This document shows, piece after piece, positions 1 through 7,512 of a DNA stretch of 64,000 nucleotides. Each line of letters begins with the position of its first letter. Position 1 is the stretch's first letter. Below the pieces are notes generated by a model, which ran no database searches, had not been told where the DNA came from, and was given only the letters and a program-made list of their open reading frames with translations. The DNA is from Candidatus Kaiserbacteria bacterium. GTDB taxonomy: Bacteria; Patescibacteriota; Minisyncoccia; Phycocordibacterales; UBA2100. The position numbers and the translations under genes were made by a program. Location of the stretch: assembly GCA_016217925.1 (NCBI GenBank), contig JACRFK010000004.1, forward strand, positions 133,869 to 197,868, in the 5' to 3' direction.

Positions 1-2
1 CC

Positions 3-185
3 AAGACCCTCGACGAGCTGCCGTACCTCGAACACGGCGCGCACTACGCGATTTTCGGCTTGGCCCTCGCGATGCTTCTCGGTATTTTCGTCCACGTCCC
101 CGAAGCAATCACCGGCCTCATCGGCTTGGTGATAATTATCTTCGCCTACATTTCTTCTCGCAGAGAGATTCGAAAGGATGCTTAA
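3..185 (+). CDS. C-terminal fragment of DUF475/TerC-like membrane protein (runs off window start)
   Basis: Hand translation KTLDELPYLEHGAHYAIFGLALAMLLGIFVHVPEAITGLIGL...KDA*; YLEHGAHYAI and PExITGLIG are typical of DUF475. Confidence 0.75.
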   Translation, partial: KTLDELPYLEHGAHYAIFGLALAMLLGIFVHVPEAITGLIGLVIIIFAYISSRREIRKDA

Positions 186-230
186 AGGTCCATGTGTTCC
201 TTATTCTTGCGACCGCGCGAATAAGGAATA

Positions 231-998
231 TCACTTGCTCGATAGTTTCCACAGGGATTCGAAGAAATCGCGGTAGCCGTCGGCGACCTCTTTGCTTGAT
301 AGGGTGAAACAGAGAATCTCGTCGCCATACACGACGAACGAAACAGATTCGGGGAATATTTCAATGCCTATAATCCCGACACCAAGCCCGGGAAGGATTT
401 TGTATGTCCAGTTGAACCAGTTTTTTTCACGTTCTGATAAATCTACTCTTCGTGATTCGACGCCGAGGTAGCGAATGGTGATATTTTTTTCTCTTCGCAA
501 CGTATCAAGTTCTTCAAGGAAGCCGAGGTTCTCAACGACCTGTCGATACCTGTCGGCAGCACTTGCGATCGCACACCAAACTGTGTTGTTCGGCATGTTT
601 CGGAGGATGTTCATTTGGTGCGACATGAATGCGACGTCACCTTGATATACTTCAAAATCCTGTTCGTGTTTCCCGGCGAAGCGATCTTGCAACTCCCTAA
701 CGATCGACTGCGTTGTGAGCCTTTTTTCTTCTACCAGACTCAAAAGCCGATTTGGAGTGTTCGCACTGAATTTCTTACGGCCGTTTTTTATAACGTGTCT
801 CGCAAGTCCCAACTCCTCAAGCCGCGTGAGCGCATTGTAGACAAACTGCCCATGCAATCCTGTGGCGCGTATCAATTTTGAAGAGCCGATGTCGCGATAT
901 GGAAGGAGAGACAAGTAGACCTTCGATTCTTTTTCGCTCAAACCGAGACCCTCAAGTTTTTTTGTGAGCTGCAGACTATCATCAAACTTTTTTGACAT
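231..998 (-). CDS. TrmB-like HTH transcriptional regulator
   Basis: N-terminal LGLSEKESKVYLSLL winged HTH, YQGDVAF linker, C-terminal effector domain ending FFESLW. Confidence 0.8.
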   Translation of the reverse strand: MSKKFDDSLQLTKKLEGLGLSEKESKVYLSLLPYRDIGSSKLIRATGLHGQFVYNALTRLEELGLARHVIKNGRKKFSANTPNRLLSLVEEKRLTTQSIVRELQDRFAGKHEQDFEVYQGDVAFMSHQMNILRNMPNNTVWCAIASAADRYRQVVENLGFLEELDTLRREKNITIRYLGVESRRVDLSEREKNWFNWTYKILPGLGVGIIGIEIFPESVSFVVYGDEILCFTLSSKEVADGYRDFFESLWKLSSK

Positions 999-1057
999 AT
1001 AGCAACAAAACGCCTTGTTTCATTGCTATTTTATCACAATAATATCATCAACAAAGA

Positions 1058-1085
1058 TTGACAATATAATACGACGTGGTATGAT
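1058..1085 (+). promoter_or_regulatory. sigma70 promoter (TTGACA, 16 bp, extended -10 TGgTATGAT)
   Basis: TTGACA 1058-1063, TATGAT 1080-1085 preceded by TG. Confidence 0.65.
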
Positions 1086-1094
1086 TCGTGGGAA

Positions 1095-1165
1095 GTTCTT
1101 TGAAAATCTTGGGAAGTGGTCATAGCGCAGGTGGGGAGGTACACCCCACCTATGCTGTGACTACT
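1095..1165 (+). promoter_or_regulatory. boxA-like motif plus 22-bp RNA hairpin leader (copy 1)
   Basis: GTTCTTTGAAAA 1095-1106; stem 1115-1165 with three G-U pairs; 3' arm contains GCTGTGACTA. Confidence 0.55.
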
Positions 1166-1204
1166 ATCTAACTCAACCCCGCTACAACGCAGAAGGAGTA
1201 AATC

Positions 1205-1543
1205 ATGTCGATTGCTTGGGATGTGTTACATGAGCATGCCGCTGAGGCATTGAGCAAAGGAGAACGCCCTACCTTTACCGTCGATGAGGGCAGCGTTTTC
1301 CGAGTGTTTGACGAAGTCTTCACGTTCAAGGAATCCCCTGTCGATGCCGATTGGTTCCGACGATTTCAGTCGCGAATCTCGGAACTTAGCGGAGGTCGGG
1401 TCACACTGACCCTTGGCGACGTTCGGCAATTCAAAAGCCGCGTGAGAGGGCCTGCGGAATATCTCCTTCTTACCGTCAATGGAATTGCTCACCGTGTGAT
1501 CTTCGGTCCATACGGTACGCCGTTCTCTTTCGACAGCGATTAG
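1205..1543 (+). CDS. hypothetical protein (112 aa)
   Basis: ORF with strong SD (AAGGAG) downstream of promoter. Confidence 0.65.
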   Translation: MSIAWDVLHEHAAEALSKGERPTFTVDEGSVFRVFDEVFTFKESPVDADWFRRFQSRISELSGGRVTLTLGDVRQFKSRVRGPAEYLLLTVNGIAHRVIFGPYGTPFSFDSD

Positions 1544-1613
1544 GTGACGGACTTCATGAGTACGTCGGGATTCAACGCAGATCAAACCGCGCTTCGGCGC
1601 AAAGGAGGGACTC

Positions 1614-1952
1614 ATGGGCTGGAGAATGTCGTTCGGTACGTTCGCTTCGGGTGACGCGATGCTTCACCACTTCAGAATGCTGGAACGTAACAGGCCAGAG
1701 GCACTCAAGCGGATTGATGAGCTTGTGGTCGAGGCTAAAATCATCAACCATCCTCTCTTCAGGCGGGTGGTCAAGAAGATAAGACAGGCCCGCGATGCAG
1801 GCGAGTTCTATATCTACAGTGGGGACTGGTGGTTCGGTGTTTATGCGGAGTCCGAGGTCCACATACTGCGCTGCTGCCTCAAGCCTCTCAAGGTGATTCA
1901 CTGCGACCAAAACTGGACAACCGGATACGGACACATCGCGGTGGAGTGGTGA
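1614..1952 (+). CDS. hypothetical protein (112 aa)
   Basis: SD AAGGAGG; preceded by gcgcTTCGgcgc tetraloop hairpin. Confidence 0.65.
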   Translation: MGWRMSFGTFASGDAMLHHFRMLERNRPEALKRIDELVVEAKIINHPLFRRVVKKIRQARDAGEFYIYSGDWWFGVYAESEVHILRCCLKPLKVIHCDQNWTTGYGHIAVEW

Positions 1953-2033
1953 CAGGCTAAAAGCTCTGAACCTGGGAGGTTAAAACTCCCCTCTTTTGAG
2001 CCCACGACTCATTCGCGGTCTCATCGAGAAAGT

Positions 2034-2103
2034 GTTCTTTGAAAAATGATAGTTGCAGCGGAGAGATGCGTTGAGAGTACGCGTTTGTCGGCTGTGACTA
2101 TCA
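2034..2103 (+). promoter_or_regulatory. boxA-like motif plus 25-bp RNA hairpin leader (copy 2)
   Basis: GTTCTTTGAAAA then tgatagttgcagc...gctgtgactatca stem with G-U pairs. Confidence 0.55.
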
Positions 2104-2121
2104 ACCAAGAGGAGCCGTCTA

Positions 2122-2508
2122 ATGACCAAGCTGAGCAAAATCCCGACGCTAATCAATCTACCTGAAATCGTGGGAGGCCATTTCTTCAAGGCGGAGTTTC
2201 CAAAATATATTGTCGCGAAAATCTCACTAGGGTCGGAGTCAAAATACGTTCTGTACGTCAATCCAGGCAGTGAAGATGACCACTTGACGCTGGAAGAGGA
2301 GCTGAAGGGCCTGGTCGCGAATCAAGTGAGCGGCGCTGTCATCGAGTGTGTCGGCGGTGGCAGAATCGCATACGCCCCTGGTGCCAGTGATTCGTGCATT
2401 ATCGGCATCACGGGAAAGAGTTCGTTATTCGGAACCGAAAACAAAGACAACACCGTAGCGATGCTCAAGGCTGCGTTCCCACATGCCGAGAAGATCGTTG
2501 CATTCTGA
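2122..2508 (+). CDS. Janus/Ocnus (PHPT1, phosphohistidine phosphatase)-like protein
   Basis: Motifs FPKYIV, ESK, H, ECVGGGRI, GKSSLFG, LKAAFP parallel human PHPT1 (FKYVL, ESK, H53, ECLGGGRI, GYSMAYG, IKAKYP); SD GAGGAG. Confidence 0.7.
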   Translation: MTKLSKIPTLINLPEIVGGHFFKAEFPKYIVAKISLGSESKYVLYVNPGSEDDHLTLEEELKGLVANQVSGAVIECVGGGRIAYAPGASDSCIIGITGKSSLFGTENKDNTVAMLKAAFPHAEKIVAF

Positions 2509-2523
2509 CGTGTCTTTAGATAA

Positions 2524-2556
2524 ACGGCCGACTGAAAAGTCGGCCGTATTCTTTTT
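2524..2556 (+). terminator. intrinsic terminator
   Basis: acggccgact-GAAA-agtcggccgt followed by T-rich tract. Confidence 0.75.
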
Positions 2557-2565
2557 CCGATTTTT

Positions 2566-3222
2566 TTATTCCACCCCCGTTATTTTTCCCGCTTCGGCGG
2601 CGCCTTCGGCTGCCTGTTCGGCTATCGAGTCGTCGGGTGCAGAGACCTGGATGTCGCGACCTGCGGGCCTGGTGGCCGGTCCACGGACGTTACGTCCGCT
2701 GCCGCGTACGGGGCGGTAGTTCAAGAGGTAGCGGCGCGGGTCTTCGTCTAGGTCGAGGAAGTTGTCGGTCGCTTCGCGGAGTTTGCCCGAGGTCGAGCGG
2801 CCGAAGGAGACGACCTCCACCTGGCAGCCGGCGTGCATTTGTAAGTACTGAACGAGCGGGACGAAGTCGCCGTCGCCTGTGATGAGGATGACTGCGTCGA
2901 GGTTTGGTGATGCGGTGATGGCATCTACCGCCATACCGACGTCCCAATCCGCTTTTTTGGCACCGCCGTAGAAGACCTGGAGCTCTTTGGTCTTTGGTTC
3001 GATGCCGACTTTCGTAAGCGCTTCGATGAAGGCCGTCTCTTCACCGCTCTCGGTGGTCACCATGTAGGCGCGTGCGCGGATGAGGCGACGGCCGGCGACT
3101 GAATCCTTGAGGACGTTGCCGAAATTCACGCGCGCATGATAGATATTTTTCGCGCTGTGGTAGAGATTTTGCGTATCGATAAATACACCGACGCGCTGTT
3201 CTGAGTGTTTGATTATGGCCAT
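2566..3222 (-). CDS. NYN domain (LabA/DUF88) protein
   Basis: VFIDTQNL, KKADWDVGMAVD, LITGDGDFVPL, LREATDNF motifs. Confidence 0.9.
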   Translation of the reverse strand: MAIIKHSEQRVGVFIDTQNLYHSAKNIYHARVNFGNVLKDSVAGRRLIRARAYMVTTESGEETAFIEALTKVGIEPKTKELQVFYGGAKKADWDVGMAVDAITASPNLDAVILITGDGDFVPLVQYLQMHAGCQVEVVSFGRSTSGKLREATDNFLDLDEDPRRYLLNYRPVRGSGRNVRGPATRPAGRDIQVSAPDDSIAEQAAEGAAEAGKITGVE

Positions 3223-3280
3223 ATGATTTTGCGAAATCATGTCGCGTCCCGTCAATTGTTACGCGACCCGCTTTCTGTTA

Positions 3281-3306
3281 ATAGCCACTAGGGATTAGCC
3301 ACTAGT
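3281..3306. repeat. TAGCCAC-type heptamer repeat
   Basis: atagccactagggattagccactag; similar copies near 39213 and 58883. Confidence 0.6.
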
Positions 3307-3383
3307 GAAATTTATTAAAATATCCGCTAATCGGAGTATAGCTTACAAAACGAAGGGTTTGTATGAAGAAAACCGATGGAGGT

Positions 3384-3650
3384 TTACTTCTTGAGACCGA
3401 GCTTCTTCACCAAAGTGCCGTACGAACGCTTGTTGGTCGCTTCCAAGTACTTCAAATGCTTGCGACGGTCGGCGACAAGACCCAAAAGCCCGCGGCGACT
3501 GTGCTTATCCTTGCGATTTTTATCCAAATGGACCGAGAGTTCCTCGATTCTACGCGTCAACACAGCCACTTGGACCTCCGGAGAGCCCGTATCAGTGTCG
3601 TGGCGGCGCGCTTTACCGATCTCGTTTTGCTTCTTACGCTTCGTAAGCAT
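3384..3650 (-). CDS. rpsO: 30S ribosomal protein S15
   Basis: DTGSPEVQVAVLT, KDKHSRRGLL. Confidence 0.97.
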   Translation of the reverse strand: MLTKRKKQNEIGKARRHDTDTGSPEVQVAVLTRRIEELSVHLDKNRKDKHSRRGLLGLVADRRKHLKYLEATNKRSYGTLVKKLGLKK

Positions 3651-3743
3651 CGCGGAATCGTATCATATTCCTCGCCATTTAGCAAGAGGGCGGCCCGTAT
3701 TCATCAACAGGGGCCGCCTCTCTTCCGTGGCTTGTTTGCGGGT

Positions 3744-4271
3744 TTATTGGGTCGCCGCCGGGGCCTGTGTGGTAGCGGGCGTCGAGGTGCCGGGCTGTAC
3801 CTTCACGAGCTGAACCTGGAAAATAAGCGTCGAATTGGCTGGAATTATGACTTTTCCGGAAGCTGGGTCTTTCACGTCCTGATCCCCGTAGGCAAGGCTC
3901 GGGGGAATCGCGAGGAGACGCTCTCCACCTTCTTTCATGGTGTTGATACCGATCTGGAAGCCGGGAATAAGGCCCTGAGAACCGAGTACGAAGGTAAGCG
4001 GCTTGTTGTCGTGAGCAGCGGAACTGTCAAAGACGGTACCATCGGTAAATTTACCTACGTAGAGGACGGAGACGGTGTCTCCGGGCTTTGCTTCAAGGCC
4101 CGTGCCCACCTTCACGTCTTGGCCCTGTACCTGATTAGCCTGATCTGGAGTCGTGGTTGCAGTTTGTTGCGCAGGCGCTGCCGGAAATATCTTTGACTTG
4201 TAAACGAAATAACCACCAATAAGGATTACAATAATAACGACGAACGCGATAACCATTGCTTTTGTATTCAT
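3744..4271 (-). CDS. membrane-anchored FKBP-type peptidyl-prolyl isomerase
   Basis: N-terminal TM; YVGKFTDGTVFDSS, IPPSLAYG, IPANSTLIFQVQL. Confidence 0.93.
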   Translation of the reverse strand: MNTKAMVIAFVVIIVILIGGYFVYKSKIFPAAPAQQTATTTPDQANQVQGQDVKVGTGLEAKPGDTVSVLYVGKFTDGTVFDSSAAHDNKPLTFVLGSQGLIPGFQIGINTMKEGGERLLAIPPSLAYGDQDVKDPASGKVIIPANSTLIFQVQLVKVQPGTSTPATTQAPAATQ

Positions 4272-4345
4272 AGCTTGTACAGGATAACTCTTCAGAAGAA
4301 TCGTGCAAGGGTTGCATGAGACGGGTAGAGCGTATACTGGGAATT

Positions 4346-5569
4346 ATGGAACCGCTCGCGTCAAAGATACGACCGAAAACGCTCGACGAGTTCGTCGGTC
4401 AGGAGCACTTGACGGGCGCGGGCAAGCCTCTGCGCGTGGCCATCGGGAAGAAAGAGCTTTTCTCATTTATTTTGTGGGGGCCGCCGGGGAGCGGCAAGAC
4501 GACACTCGCGCGCATCTACGCAAATGCGGTCGGCGCGGATTTCTATGAGCTCTCAGCGGTCGATTCGGGCAAAGAAGATATAAAAAAAGTGGTCCGCCTT
4601 CGCCAAGGCTTCGGCGGACAAGTCGGCTTGCCTCTAAAAGAAAAACCGCGCGTGCTGTTTGTCGACGAGATACATCGCTTCAACAAAGCTCAACAAGATT
4701 TCTTACTTCCCTTCGTCGAGCGCGGCGACATCACGCTCATCGGTGCGACCACGGAGAATCCCAGCTTCGAGATTATTTCGCCGCTGCTTTCCCGTTGCCG
4801 CGTCTTCGTATTGAACGAGCACTCAGAAGGAGAAATGAGGTTGATTATTGACCGTGCATATGCGGCGGTACAGAAAAACGCCCGCCCCGTCAGAGATAAG
4901 AACGCAAAGCGTTCTGGCGACGCAAGTCGCATCTCTAACGGGGCAAGCGAGTGGCTCGTGCGGATGGCAAACGGCGATGCCCGCCAAGCGATAACCACAC
5001 TCGAAACGACGCAGGCGCTCTATGGAAAGATTTCACTTGAGAATCTCAAAGAAGCCATTCAATCAAAACATCTTCGCTACGACAAAAAGGGCGAAGAGCA
5101 CTACAACACCATATCCGCGTTCATTAAGAGCATGCGCGCTTCACAGCCGGATGCTGCGCTCTACTACCTCGCGCGCATGGTGGATGCGGGCGAAGACCCC
5201 AAATTCATTGCGCGGCGCATGGTGATATTCGCAAGCGAAGATATCGGGCTCGCACAACCGACCGCGCTGGTCGTCGCCAATGCGGTGTTTGAGGCAGTCA
5301 ACAAAATAGGATATCCCGAGGCGACGATAAACCTTGCGCACGGCGTCGCATACCTCGCCCAGTGCAAAAAAGACCGCCGCTCATACGATGCGGTCTTTGA
5401 AGCGCTCGATGATGTAAAAAGATTCGGCAATCTCCCCATCCCGCTTCACATCCGCAACGCACCGACGAAGCTCATGAAAGAATTGAAGTATGGAAAAGGC
5501 TACAAGCAATACGACAAAGAATCCTATCTGCCGGAAAAACTAAAAAAGAAAAAGTATTTGAAAGGTTGA
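4346..5569 (+). CDS. rarA: replication-associated recombination protein A (MgsA/RarA)
   Basis: PLASKIRP, GPPGSGKTT, DEIHRFNKAQQD, GATTENP, ASEDIGLA; start chosen just after TATACT. Confidence 0.95.
   Translation: MEPLASKIRPKTLDEFVGQEHLTGAGKPLRVAIGKKELFSFILWGPPGSGKTTLARIYANAVGADFYELSAVDSGKEDIKKVVRLRQGFGGQVGLPLKEKPRVLFVDEIHRFNKAQQDFLLPFVERGDITLIGATTENPSFEIISPLLSRCRVFVLNEHSEGEMRLIIDRAYAAVQKNARPVRDKNAKRSGDASRISNGASEWLVRMANGDARQAITTLETTQALYGKISLENLKEAIQSKHLRYDKKGEEHYNTISAFIKSMRASQPDAALYYLARMVDAGEDPKFIARRMVIFASEDIGLAQPTALVVANAVFEAVNKIGYPEATINLAHGVAYLAQCKKDRRSYDAVFEALDDVKRFGNLPIPLHIRNAPTKLMKELKYGKGYKQYDKESYLPEKLKKKKYLKG
4592..4619. repeat. palindromic mini-element in-frame in rarA
   Basis: gtccgcc...ggcggac inverted ends; encodes VRLRQGFGG. 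Confidence 0.55.
4884..4944. repeat. CCCGTTAGA/TCTAACGGG family element in-frame in rarA
   Basis: gccccgtcagagat...atctctaacggggc enclosing two small hairpins. Confidence 0.7.
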
Positions 5570-5574
5570 AAATA

Positions 5575-5602
5575 AAAAAGGCGGCCGCGCTGGCCGCCTT
5601 TT
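5575..5602. terminator. bidirectional intrinsic terminator
   Basis: A-tract, ggcggcc/ggccgcc stem, T-tract between convergent ORFs. Confidence 0.7.
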
Positions 5603-5624
5603 ACTCTCCGTTCCCCTCTGTGGA

Positions 5625-5798
5625 TTACGGGTTGTGTCGCCGGCGGTCTTCCGGGGGGACTACGATGAGCGTCGTCCCGGTACGTTCGTCGCTCGAACGC
5701 TCCGTAACGCGGGTGCCCACTGGTCGCTCGGTTTCGAACGCTTGACGACGACGATCGGTAGCTGCCATCTGGTCGATATGACCATGGTCGGTAGCCAT
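5625..5798 (-). CDS. small hypothetical protein
   Basis: SD AAGGAGGT before ATG; ends just before terminator. Confidence 0.45.
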   Translation of the reverse strand: MATDHGHIDQMAATDRRRQAFETERPVGTRVTERSSDERTGTTLIVVPPEDRRRHNP

Positions 5799-5880
5799 GC
5801 CCACCTCCTTCATGCAAAGAGTCATCTTTGCGTTCTTATATTATGCCACTGGTTCGGCAATTATCAAGCTCTCCAAGACC

Positions 5881-6807
5881 TCAATCCATCAGGGGCTTTT
5901 TCACGTCCACGTTGGTCGTCTGATACACCCAGTTTATCCAGTTGGAATAGAAGACCTGGCCGTTCGCCCCCCAATTTTTGAGCGGCGTTTTCCGGGGGTC
6001 ATCGCCCGGGAAGTAATTCTTCGGAAAGTCTATCGGCAGGCCTAGCGATTTGTCCCTGAGATATTCGCCTGCTATATCATCGCGATCATATTCAGGATGT
6101 CCTTGTATGTAGATTTCTCGCCCTTTTCGTCCGGAAATCAAGTGCAATCCTGCGTCTTTGCTCTTAATGAGAATCTCGAAGCCGCGGAGGCCCAACAGAT
6201 CTTCTTCCCTGATTCCCCGTTGTCGCGCGTGGGGTACTAATATCTCGTCGTCCATTCCTTCTACGAACGGCGAACCCGAAGCGTGGTTGACCTGATGCCT
6301 GAAGACGCCGAACTTTTTCCTCTTATATGCATGTGGGCGGATGCCGTGACGGTGATACAGCATGGCGTGGGCGGCCCAGCAGCAGTAGACGGTCGATGTC
6401 ACTTGCTCGCGTGCCCAGTCGAAAAGGTCGGTGAGTTCTTTCCAAAAGAAGATTTCCTCGAATACGTGGTGCTCGAGATTTCCTCCGGTGACTATGAGTC
6501 CATCGAGGCCGCTCTTTTTTACGTCACGTAGCGACTTATAGAATGCATCGAAGTGGTCCTGTTTGGACGCCGATTTATGTTCATCGAAACGAATGAACGT
6601 CGGTTTTATCTGAAGAGGTGTATTTGCAAGGGGACGTAAGAACTGCACCTCTGTCCGCTCGAGGGTGGCGCTAGGCATGAGATTCAAGATCCCGATTTCC
6701 AGCGGACGAATGTCTTGCTTCTCTGCGCGCTCGGTAGATATCTCGGCCACCTGCTCGCGCTTGAGGTATGCGAATGCCGGGAGTTTCTTGTTGATGATGA
6801 GTGCCAT
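5881..6807 (-). CDS. metA: homoserine O-acyltransferase (MetA family, probably acetyl-specific)
   Basis: QDIRPLEIGILNLMP, GLIVTG, catalytic CWAA and GHPEYD, NYFPGDDP, NWINWVYQTT. Confidence 0.92.
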   Translation of the reverse strand: MALIINKKLPAFAYLKREQVAEISTERAEKQDIRPLEIGILNLMPSATLERTEVQFLRPLANTPLQIKPTFIRFDEHKSASKQDHFDAFYKSLRDVKKSGLDGLIVTGGNLEHHVFEEIFFWKELTDLFDWAREQVTSTVYCCWAAHAMLYHRHGIRPHAYKRKKFGVFRHQVNHASGSPFVEGMDDEILVPHARQRGIREEDLLGLRGFEILIKSKDAGLHLISGRKGREIYIQGHPEYDRDDIAGEYLRDKSLGLPIDFPKNYFPGDDPRKTPLKNWGANGQVFYSNWINWVYQTTNVDVKKPLMD

Positions 6808-6927
6808 AGCGAATCCTAAAAATACCATCTACGCCGCCAGAAGCAAAAAAAGAAGAAAGTTTAAGGCAAGTTGTGTTTACAAATGAATAGCTATAGAGTT
6901 GGCTCAGTCCTAGGTGCCACATCGTGA

Positions 6928-7281
6928 TTGGAGGCGTCGATGATCCCATTCCCGTTCCAAAAAGGGATGCCGTTCAGAGAAATGATCTGCAAGGAGAAGG
7001 ACCAGATGGACCGGCTCATCATCTTTCTCTGTCGCAACGGGCTTGATCCCTTTAAGGCAGCCAAAAAGATCAATACTGCGGTCGGCCGCACGATCTGCGA
7101 AGTGCATACTGGGAGCCTCGTTGAGTACGAGGATGTCGGTTCCCCGAAGCACGTCAACGTCAACGGCATTCATAAGTTTGCCCTGGTTAAGATTGTAGTC
7201 GTACGGGTCAAGTATGCGGACGGCTACGAAGGCTACACTTGGCGAACTCAAACCGAGGTGCAACCGAACCGAAAACAGTAA
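6928..7281 (+). CDS. hypothetical protein
   Basis: ORF followed by terminator-like hairpin. Confidence 0.5.
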   Translation: MEASMIPFPFQKGMPFREMICKEKDQMDRLIIFLCRNGLDPFKAAKKINTAVGRTICEVHTGSLVEYEDVGSPKHVNVNGIHKFALVKIVVVRVKYADGYEGYTWRTQTEVQPNRKQ

Positions 7282-7292
7282 TTGATCGTTTC

Positions 7293-7319
7293 AAGTGCGC
7301 CCTCACGGGGGCGCATTTT
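7293..7319 (+). terminator. intrinsic terminator
   Basis: aagtgcgccc-tcacgg-gggcgcatttt. Confidence 0.6.
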
Positions 7320-7431
7320 GATTCGGTGCATATGTTGCACAACGCAGATTATCCAACACAAGGTGTCGGATAATCTCAAAATATTGTGCAACGTAAATAC
7401 GTCGCACAATATTTTCTGATACAATTCAGTG

Positions 7432-7512
7432 ATGGCGGCAGATTTGAAGGGGCTTAAGACGCAATTTCTCCCCGCCGGAGGCGGGTCCTCCTCCGGAGGA
7501 GAATACTTATGA
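7432..7512 (+). CDS. 26-aa upstream ORF repeating the Xer N-terminus, coupled by ATGA
   Basis: [26 protein letters not shown]; TACAAT just upstream; stop overlaps ATG 7509. Confidence 0.6.
   Translation: MAADLKGLKTQFLPAGGGSSSGGEYL

Noticed and set aside
3363-4196. Long antisense ORFs (also 39822-40628, 38033-38875, 51520-52380, 58954-59718)
   Set aside because: Shadows of well-supported genes on the opposite strand, with no motifs
6808-6900. SAM riboswitch or T-box upstream of metA
   Set aside because: No recognisable conserved motifs; a -10-like TAGGAT lies directly before the ATG
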